Virus record (IMG/VR): IMGVR_UViG_3300046786_000085
Span: 1-28,669 of that record
DNA length: 28,669 nt
Source: a virus
Taxonomy: Duplodnaviria; Caudoviricetes
Direction: 5' to 3' (one strand)
Shown piece after piece: positions 1-6,431 of the stretch. The notes beneath the pieces are model-generated. The model did not search any database and was not told the origin of the DNA. It saw only the letters and a list, made by a program, of their open reading frames with translations. The position numbers and the translations under genes were made by a program. Position 1 is the first letter of the stretch; each line of letters begins with the position of its first letter.

Positions 1-300
1 GTGTATGACACCAAGAAGGGCAAGGCTGTAATCCCCAACCGAATCTACGGCGGTAAGGTAATTGAGAACGTGTGCCAAGCCTTAGCTCGTATTGTGATCG
101 GCGAGCAGATGCTCATGGTTGCAAAGAAGTACCGAGTCGTGATGACTGTGCATGATGCCATCGCTTGTATTGCACCAACCGAGCACGTCGAAAACGCTAA
201 AGAGTACGTTGAGATGTGCATGCGTACACGCCCAGATTGGGGTATGGAGTTACCGCTGAACTGCGAAGCAGGATACGGAGAAAGCTATGGAGACTGTTAA
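1..300 (+). CDS. Family A DNA polymerase, C-terminal fragment (5'-truncated by window)
   Basis: IYGGKVIENVCQALAR (phage PolA ENxxQ region), motif C VMTVHDAI, and terminal W-x4-PLNCEAGYGESYG typical of phage PolA. Confidence 0.9.
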   Translation: MYDTKKGKAVIPNRIYGGKVIENVCQALARIVIGEQMLMVAKKYRVVMTVHDAIACIAPTEHVENAKEYVEMCMRTRPDWGMELPLNCEAGYGESYGDC

Positions 301-751
301 AACAGAAACGAGCGACCAAAAAAATTGGGATGCCGCAGTAATAAAAACGTGGCGTAACGCAGGGTCAGTATTTGATGCAATGGTATTGTTTACAGCTCTT
401 TCGGGCAAACAAGTTACTGATTGTGACCCACCATTAAAACGCACACCGCCTGTGCCTTATCCTTGGAAGATAGGTATTAGAGTATTTGTAGCTAATCATC
501 TATCCAAGATCAGCAAACGCTTGTGGGATCAAACGCCCGACAAGGACATACTACTCCTGCGCAAGCTCGAGACAAGCCTGTACGATACGGAGAAAGACGT
601 GATACATGACAGGGAGCTTGACAACGAAAGAGAGCAGTACATACGCAACCGCAAGAAGGTAGCCATGAGCACACTTGGTGTATCCAACCAAAACCATGAT
701 ACCGACTGGAATGTAACCAAAGGCGCAGTAAGAGTAAGGAGGAGGAGATGA
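287..751 (+). CDS. Hypothetical protein (154 aa)
   Basis: Overlaps polymerase end, GGAG upstream, in operon orientation; no recognisable motif. Confidence 0.65.
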   Translation: METVKTETSDQKNWDAAVIKTWRNAGSVFDAMVLFTALSGKQVTDCDPPLKRTPPVPYPWKIGIRVFVANHLSKISKRLWDQTPDKDILLLRKLETSLYDTEKDVIHDRELDNEREQYIRNRKKVAMSTLGVSNQNHDTDWNVTKGAVRVRRRR

Positions 752-852
752 CAGACTATGTATGGCCTTTCCCGCCATTCCCCAACCCCAAAGACAAGGG
801 CACGAAAGTGCCCAAGTTCAACCCTGAAAACGAAGAGGACGCACCATTATGA
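748..852 (+). CDS. Small Pro-rich protein, 34 aa (MTDYVWPFPPFPNPKDKGTKVPKFNPENEEDAPL); not in ORF track
   Basis: AAGGAGGAGG immediately upstream; ATGA overlaps with both neighbours (748-751, 849-852); fills the gap exactly. Confidence 0.8.
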   Translation: MTDYVWPFPPFPNPKDKGTKVPKFNPENEEDAPL

Positions 853-1112
853 TTCCTGAAATAGCCAAAGAATTTTTAATCAAAGATAGCATCACTGTCG
901 AAGGCATTACCGAAGACTACATTTGGTATCACGCTAGCTTACTGGAACAGAGGATGAATCAATGGAATACTGACTTTAAAAAGTTAGTCAATGTAATGGA
1001 GGCGCGCCACAAAGACCAACTAAAAATGTTGCAGTCTGTCATGGAGGAGAACCGCGAATTGAAAAAACAACTTAAGGAAAAGAATCATGAGCGAACCAAC
1101 AGCATGGATTAA
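849..1112 (+). CDS. Hypothetical protein with coiled-coil-like C-terminus (87 aa)
   Basis: ATGA coupling to the upstream ORF; GAGG upstream. Confidence 0.65.
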   Translation: MIPEIAKEFLIKDSITVEGITEDYIWYHASLLEQRMNQWNTDFKKLVNVMEARHKDQLKMLQSVMEENRELKKQLKEKNHERTNSMD

Positions 1113-1278
1113 CAAAGAGCGTGACACCATTACGTTCGACAACCTATTCCCTGAGATGACCCCCTTGTACAAGCGCAACGATGTGCTTGAGGAAGTTGCC
1201 AAGGAGTTCGATAAGATGAAAGCGTTTGGCGATACCGCCGAATCGTTTGCAATCTTTGTAAGGAATATGAAAGCATGA
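1087..1278 (+). CDS. Hypothetical protein (63 aa)
   Basis: TAAGGA RBS; ATGA overlap with the nuclease gene. Confidence 0.7.
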   Translation: MSEPTAWINKERDTITFDNLFPEMTPLYKRNDVLEEVAKEFDKMKAFGDTAESFAIFVRNMKA

Positions 1279-1937
1279 GCATCGTCTGGTCATTCAGTAG
1301 CCTGAAAACATTTCAACAGTGCCCTAAGAAGTACTACCACACCAAGATAGCAAGGGACGTTGTTGAACCTGACACACAGGCAACGATGTATGGCAAGTGG
1401 GCTCACACTGTGGCGGAGGAATACATTCGTGATGGAACCCCAATCCCTGAACAGTTTGCGTATATGCAAGCTACCCTAGACGTCTTAAAAGACATCCCCG
1501 GAGATAAGTTATGCGAAGTGAAGCTTGGGTTGACCGAGAACTTAGAAAGTTGCGATTTCGATGCACCGAATGTGTGGTGGCATGGGATAGCAGATTTGGT
1601 GGTTATCAATCGGGAGACTGGGACGGCTCACTCGGTCGACTACAAGACAAGCAAGAGTGCGAGATATGCGGACGTGAAGCAACTCGATCTTGTAGCTTGT
1701 GGCCTGTTCGCGAAGTTTCCGGAGATCAAGAGGGTGAGGTCTGCTCTCCTTTTCGTAGTGAGTAAAGAGTTTGTAAAGGCTGAGCATCACGTTGAGATGA
1801 TGCAGAAGTACATCGAGAAGCCAGCCCAAGATGTAGCACGTATTGAGGCGGCATTGCAAAACGGGGTGTGGAACCCCATCCAAGGCCCACTGTGCAAGTT
1901 CTGCTCAGTGAAACAATGTGAGTACAACAGGAACTAA
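1275..1937 (+). CDS. Cas4-like PD-(D/E)XK exonuclease with probable Fe-S cluster
   Basis: N-terminal SFSSLKTFQQCPKKY, GIADLV and VDYKT catalytic motifs, QL motif, C-terminal CKFCSVKQC (1+3 Cys pattern). Confidence 0.9.
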   Translation: MSIVWSFSSLKTFQQCPKKYYHTKIARDVVEPDTQATMYGKWAHTVAEEYIRDGTPIPEQFAYMQATLDVLKDIPGDKLCEVKLGLTENLESCDFDAPNVWWHGIADLVVINRETGTAHSVDYKTSKSARYADVKQLDLVACGLFAKFPEIKRVRSALLFVVSKEFVKAEHHVEMMQKYIEKPAQDVARIEAALQNGVWNPIQGPLCKFCSVKQCEYNRN

Positions 1938-1940
1938 ATT

Positions 1941-2153
1941 ATGAATTCCATGACAGAAGAAGAGAAAGCAAGCGCCGCCGCTTATATCAAGTTGCAGGAC
2001 GATGTGCGGCAGTTGATTGTCGATACCGTATACAAAGAACTGAACAACTATGGTGGGTTGCTACACAACCAAGTCAAAACCGGCGTCATTTATTCATCCG
2101 AATTTAACCAAAAAGTTAAAGACGTCATCAAAGATCAAATGATGAAGTACTAA
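1941..2153 (+). CDS. Hypothetical protein (70 aa; alternative start at 1950)
   Basis: Starts 3 nt after the nuclease stop, AGGA upstream. Confidence 0.65.
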   Translation: MNSMTEEEKASAAAYIKLQDDVRQLIVDTVYKELNNYGGLLHNQVKTGVIYSSEFNQKVKDVIKDQMMKY

Positions 2154-2163
2154 GGGGGTCAAT

Positions 2164-2490
2164 ATGGCAAACGAGTTTGAAGCTAAGGTCGCAGAAGTAA
2201 AAGCCAAATACCCCGACCTGACTCAGTATGGTTTTGGTGGCGAAGGGGAGATTCGCATGGAGGCTGTGAACCTCTGCGCCGAGTGGCTACTTGCGCATGA
2301 CGGCCTAGACCGACGCAAAACTATAAATACTGCATGGTCTAGTTACGGGATAAAGCACGCCGTGGAACGAGCTAAGGGTCAGTATGTAGCCAATGGAGAG
2401 CTTATTTGCGCGGCATTGGCGCTTGGCTACAAAATGCGGAAGGTAAGACACAGAAGTGGCAACGCATTTTTTAACATCAAAAACCCATAA
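2164..2490 (+). CDS. Hypothetical protein with SSYGxKH...YVxNG motif (108 aa)
   Basis: AAGGGGG RBS; motif SSYGIKHAVE...YVANGELICAA recalled from uncharacterised viral proteins. Confidence 0.75.
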   Translation: MANEFEAKVAEVKAKYPDLTQYGFGGEGEIRMEAVNLCAEWLLAHDGLDRRKTINTAWSSYGIKHAVERAKGQYVANGELICAALALGYKMRKVRHRSGNAFFNIKNP

Positions 2491-2498
2491 GGAACACC

Positions 2499-2867
2499 AT
2501 GACACAGCAAATGCCCGATGACGAACTAGACACAGCCCTGATTCTTGAGGGTGAGCTTAAGCGTCGAGTGCGTGTAGTAGCCACTACTATAGTACGCGAT
2601 GAAGTAGCCCGACAAATGGGGGTGATTTTTGCCGAGCAGAAAGCTAAAATGATGATGGAGATCAGCATCAATATCGGCAAGATGTTGAACATGATCGAGA
2701 AGGAAGACCGTAAACCCCTTTGGGAGTCGACCCCTGAAGAGTTTGGGCTTACGCCGAGTGAACTAAACCGCTCATCAATTAGGCATTTAGATGAAACGCA
2801 AACTGTCCTAAATGAAATTAAAAAGGATTTAAATCATGCCCTACGTGAACAAACCCCGCCCCTATAA
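2499..2867 (+). CDS. Hypothetical protein (122 aa)
   Basis: TAAGGA RBS; operon position. Confidence 0.7.
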   Translation: MTQQMPDDELDTALILEGELKRRVRVVATTIVRDEVARQMGVIFAEQKAKMMMEISINIGKMLNMIEKEDRKPLWESTPEEFGLTPSELNRSSIRHLDETQTVLNEIKKDLNHALREQTPPL

Positions 2868-3150
2868 AAAAGAATACCAACAACAAATAGCAAGAGGAGA
2901 AGCCGATGAACGGCTCGAACGACAACGCGCCCGTGAGTCAATTGACAAGAAGAACCCAGACCGAAACAAAGATGGACGTGCTGACGTACGCGAAGGCAAA
3001 GATGTTGCGCATATCAGAGCTTTATCTAAAGGGGGCACTAACAAAGACGGAGTCAAACTCCAGTCACCCTCAGCCAATCGCTCATTCAAGCGCGGTTCTA
3101 ACCACAAAGTTGTGTCAGAAGTAAGCACCAAGGAGCGTAAGAAAAAATGA
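2836..3150 (+). CDS. Small basic HNH-like protein
   Basis: RPYKKEY N-terminus and GKDVAH-x3-LSKGGTN...ANRSF resembling phage HNH (DVDH...GGxN...NR) proteins; AAGGA RBS. Confidence 0.7.
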   Translation: MPYVNKPRPYKKEYQQQIARGEADERLERQRARESIDKKNPDRNKDGRADVREGKDVAHIRALSKGGTNKDGVKLQSPSANRSFKRGSNHKVVSEVSTKERKKK

Positions 3151-3323
3151 CGGACGAACAAATTTGGCTTTTGAAATACGGTAGGGGTTGGATACCTTGG
3201 TATGAATTGGTAGATGGCCCTGTTGGTGAGCAAGAGGTTGACCCTATACATGAACGACTTTTAGCCGCAGATAAAATAGAAATCAACAAAAATACAATGC
3301 AAGTTAGATTAAAAACCAAATGA
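3147..3323 (+). CDS. Hypothetical protein, 58 aa (MTDEQIWLLKYGRGWIPWYELVDG...); not in ORF track
   Basis: ATGA overlaps at both ends (3147-3150, 3320-3323); AAGGAG upstream; fills the gap exactly. Confidence 0.75.
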   Translation: MTDEQIWLLKYGRGWIPWYELVDGPVGEQEVDPIHERLLAADKIEINKNTMQVRLKTK

Positions 3324-4708
3324 ACCTATCAGAGTACACATGGCCTCGTCCCCCGGGGTTCACGCCGTTCGAGCATCAGAAGACAACAGCAGAGTTTTTG
3401 ACAGGCAACCCAAAAGCTTTTTGCTTTAATGAGCAAGGTACAGGTAAGACAGCATCAGTTATTTGGGCTGTCGACTACCTCATGACCATTGGATTAGTGA
3501 AACGTGTATTAGTGATCTGCCCCTTGTCGATCATGAAGTCGGCTTGGCAGAACGACCTATTTAAATTTGCAATCCACCGCACGGTGTCAGTCGCTTACGG
3601 TGCCGCACGTAAGCGCAAGGAAATTGTGAATGCCGGTGCCGAGTTTGTCATCATCAACTTCGATGGTGTCGGCATCGTGAAGAAAGAGATCATGGCGGGT
3701 GGATTTGACCTCATCGTTGTGGACGAGGCGTCTGCATATAAGAACGCACAGACCGAGCGTTGGAAAGACTTGCGTGATCTAACAAAAGTTATCAAGGGCC
3801 TGTGGATGCTGACTGGTACGCCTGCCGCCCAGTCTCCTGTGGATGCTTACGGATTGGCAAAGCTTGTGAACCCCAAGGGTGTGTCACCGTTCTTCGGTCA
3901 GTTCCGAGACACAGTGATGATGAAGCTCACTATGTATAAGTGGATACCCAAGCCCACTTCACAACTCATCGTGCACAAAGCACTGCAACCCGCCATCCGA
4001 TTTGAGAAAGCCGACTGCCTCGACTTGCCGCCGATTACATTCGTTGAGCGAGATGCACCGTTAACACCGCAGCAGTTAAAGTTCTACAACATACTAAAGA
4101 AGCAGATGCTGATTGAGGCTGCTGGAGAAGAAGTAAGTGCCGTTAACGCTGCCGTTCAAATCAACAAACTTCTGCAAATAGCAGGAGGTGCGGTGTATAC
4201 GGATACTGGCGAAGTGGTTGAGTTTGACGTGAGCAGTAGGCTCAACGTGGTGCAAGAAGTTATTGAAGAGTCGAGCCACAAGGTGCTTGTGTTTGTTCCG
4301 TTTACGCACACCATTGAGTTGCTTGAGAAGCACTTACAGAAGAACAACATCACGTGCGACGTCATCAATGGCTCAGTGCCTGTGAACAAACGCTCGGATA
4401 TTGTCAAGCGGTTTCAAGAGCAACCGGAACCGAAAGTATTACTGATACAACCGAAGGCCGCATCACACGGGTTAACGCTAACTGCCGCCAACACAATCAT
4501 TTGGTATGCTCCATGCACCAGCGTTGAAACGTACTTGCAAGCCAATGCACGTATCGACCGCCCCGGACAAGTCAACAACATGACCATCGTGCACATCAAA
4601 GGCAGTCCTATTGAGACTCGCATGTACTCGATGCTTCAGAACAACATTGACAACCATCAAAAAGTGATCGACTTGTACAAACAAGAAATTTCTTCAGATG
4701 AATGTTGA
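3320..4708 (+). CDS. SNF2-family (SF2) helicase/ATPase
   Basis: Q motif PFEHQ, Walker A EQGTGKT, VVDEAS, LTGTP, HGLTLT, QANARIDRPGQ. Confidence 0.95.
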   Translation: MNLSEYTWPRPPGFTPFEHQKTTAEFLTGNPKAFCFNEQGTGKTASVIWAVDYLMTIGLVKRVLVICPLSIMKSAWQNDLFKFAIHRTVSVAYGAARKRKEIVNAGAEFVIINFDGVGIVKKEIMAGGFDLIVVDEASAYKNAQTERWKDLRDLTKVIKGLWMLTGTPAAQSPVDAYGLAKLVNPKGVSPFFGQFRDTVMMKLTMYKWIPKPTSQLIVHKALQPAIRFEKADCLDLPPITFVERDAPLTPQQLKFYNILKKQMLIEAAGEEVSAVNAAVQINKLLQIAGGAVYTDTGEVVEFDVSSRLNVVQEVIEESSHKVLVFVPFTHTIELLEKHLQKNNITCDVINGSVPVNKRSDIVKRFQEQPEPKVLLIQPKAASHGLTLTAANTIIWYAPCTSVETYLQANARIDRPGQVNNMTIVHIKGSPIETRMYSMLQNNIDNHQKVIDLYKQEISSDEC

Positions 4709-4732
4709 CAATGTCAAAACTTTGTGTATAAT
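4705..4732 (+). promoter_or_regulatory. Consensus sigma70 promoter with palindromic operator candidate over the -35
   Basis: TTGACA (4705-4710), 16 nt, TATAAT (4727-4732); TTGACA-A-TGTCAA inverted repeat at 4705-4717. Confidence 0.85.
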
Positions 4733-4739
4733 TAGAATC

Positions 4740-4841
4740 GTGTGGCAGTAGTGGCTAACGGGTTAGCGCCGTTAAAACTCTCTTTCATAAGCGGACGAAA
4801 CGCTAAAACACACTGCTTTATGTGAACTGTTACTGCCACAC
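4740..4841 (+). ncRNA. Putative cloverleaf small RNA or structured leader
   Basis: Starts at the predicted +1; 11-bp perfect closing stem GTGTGGCAGTA/TACTGCCACAC enclosing three hairpins. Confidence 0.7.
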
Positions 4842-4860
4842 ACTTTATTAGGAGAATCAG

Positions 4861-5286
4861 ATGGACGACGAAGTTCAGAACAGAACTACCCCCACAGACT
4901 TAGCAAAGCTAACGTCAATCTACATCAAGATCAGGGACAGACGTGCCGACAACAAGCGCATGTTTGAAGCTGAAGACAACGACCTCAAAGAGCAGATGGA
5001 TGTGCTTGAAGCACAGATGCTCGATGTATGCAAAGAGATGAATGCTGACAGCATTCGCACCCCACACGGCACAATCATTCGCTCGGTTAAGTCACGGTAC
5101 TGGACGAATGATTGGGATTCAATGTACGACTTCATCGAGGAGCATGGTGCATTTGGCCTGTTAGAGAAACGACTTCATCAAACAAACATGAAAGACTTTC
5201 TCGCTGAGAATCCCACAGTTCTTCCACTTGGCCTCAATGTGGAGAATGCTTATACCGTGGTTGTTAGACGTTCTAAGGAAAAATGA
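4861..5286 (+). CDS. Conserved phage protein, coiled coil plus beta domain (possibly Gam/Gp157-like)
   Basis: TAGGAG RBS; helical N-terminus then SIRTPHGT...DWD...FI...LLEKR...PLGL; fold guess is tentative. Confidence 0.75.
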   Translation: MDDEVQNRTTPTDLAKLTSIYIKIRDRRADNKRMFEAEDNDLKEQMDVLEAQMLDVCKEMNADSIRTPHGTIIRSVKSRYWTNDWDSMYDFIEEHGAFGLLEKRLHQTNMKDFLAENPTVLPLGLNVENAYTVVVRRSKEK

Positions 5287-6176
5287 AAATGAGTAACCTC
5301 ACAATTATCAATCAAGACCTCCCCGACTTTCTGCAAACCGCAGGTGTTAGCGAGCTTACAAAACAACTCGCCGGTAAGACTGGCGTTAAACGCATCGTGC
5401 CTAAAAACGGAATCTTCCGTAAGACAGTCGGCGGTGAAGAGATGGGCAAGGTCAAGGGTAACTTGAGCGCGATCATCGTCAATGCTTCCCCACACGTCGG
5501 TCGTATTTTTTACGCAAAGCAATGGAGTCCTGACGCCGAGCCAACTGCACCTGACTGCTTCTCTAATGACGGTCGCGCACCCGACGCAGGTTCAGTGAAC
5601 CCACAAGCAAGTAGCTGTGACAACTGCCAACAGAACATCAAAGGTTCAGGCATGGGTAACTCTAAAGCTTGCCGCTACTCACGCCGTATTGCTATGGTGT
5701 TGGAAGAGGACTTCGGTACTTCACTCGAAGGCGAAGTCTATCAAATGAACTTGGCATCCAAGTCATTGTTCGGCGAAGGCGCAGGGGACAACACCCACAC
5801 CTTTGAAAACTATTCCAAGTATTTGTCCAACAACGGCAAGAGCTTGGACTACGTTGTTACGCAGATCAGCTTCAACGAAGAGAACGATAACCAGTCCGTG
5901 CTGTTCACGCCGACTGGCTACATCAACAAGGCGCAGTACGCTGTTACTAGCGAAGTTGCTAAGAAACCTGAAGTGCTGAAGATGGTGGTTATGACACCAT
6001 ACCAAGCAGACATGGCGGGTAAGCCTAAGTTGGAAGCACCAGCACCTAAAGCCGCCGAGCCTAAAGCTGAGTCTCCCATCGAGGAACCGACTAAGCGTGA
6101 GAAGAAGCCTGAGCCAAAGCCCACTGTCAAGAAAGACCTTGACTCTGTGGTGAAGGCTTGGAGCGACGAGGAGTAA
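5283..6176 (+). CDS. Putative single-stranded DNA-binding protein
   Basis: Cys cluster (PDCFS, CDNC, KACR), Pro/Lys/Glu-rich linker, aromatic-acidic tail WSDEE; lies between helicase and primase. Confidence 0.6.
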   Translation: MKMSNLTIINQDLPDFLQTAGVSELTKQLAGKTGVKRIVPKNGIFRKTVGGEEMGKVKGNLSAIIVNASPHVGRIFYAKQWSPDAEPTAPDCFSNDGRAPDAGSVNPQASSCDNCQQNIKGSGMGNSKACRYSRRIAMVLEEDFGTSLEGEVYQMNLASKSLFGEGAGDNTHTFENYSKYLSNNGKSLDYVVTQISFNEENDNQSVLFTPTGYINKAQYAVTSEVAKKPEVLKMVVMTPYQADMAGKPKLEAPAPKAAEPKAESPIEEPTKREKKPEPKPTVKKDLDSVVKAWSDEE

Positions 6177-6179
6177 ACA

Positions 6180-6428
6180 ATGACCTACGGTTACAGCCAG
6201 AGCTTGGTGTACGCCAATAGAAAAGCAAGCATCAAGTCTTTGGGTGTGGCCTTGGGTCGTGTATGTATTCGCGCAAACATCAGTGTTAGTAAGATTGCGG
6301 ATGACTTTGGGGTGACTCGAATGACTATCTACAATTGGTTCAAGGGCGACCGAGAACCGCACCCGAGTTATGCGCAAGCAATCAGCGATTACATCACCCA
6401 CACCAAAGCCCACCACCAAATAAAGTAA
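6180..6428 (+). CDS. XRE/Cro-family helix-turn-helix regulator
   Basis: SVSKIADDFGVTRMTIYNWFKGDREP; GAGGAG RBS. Confidence 0.88.
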   Translation: MTYGYSQSLVYANRKASIKSLGVALGRVCIRANISVSKIADDFGVTRMTIYNWFKGDREPHPSYAQAISDYITHTKAHHQIK

Positions 6429-6431
6429 AAC

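Noticed and set aside
626-634. GAAAGAGAG complementary to the cloverleaf RNA pyrimidine tract
   Set aside because: Mid-CDS 9-mer, plausible by chance
1275-1937. CRISPR-Cas locus suggested by the Cas4-like gene
   Set aside because: No repeat-spacer array or other cas genes; solo Cas4-like nucleases are common in phage replication modules
4740-4841. tRNA or hammerhead ribozyme interpretation (cloverleaf; GGACGAAAC at ~4793-4801)
   Set aside because: No TTCRA T-loop or tRNA arm geometry; no CUGANGA core on the same strand
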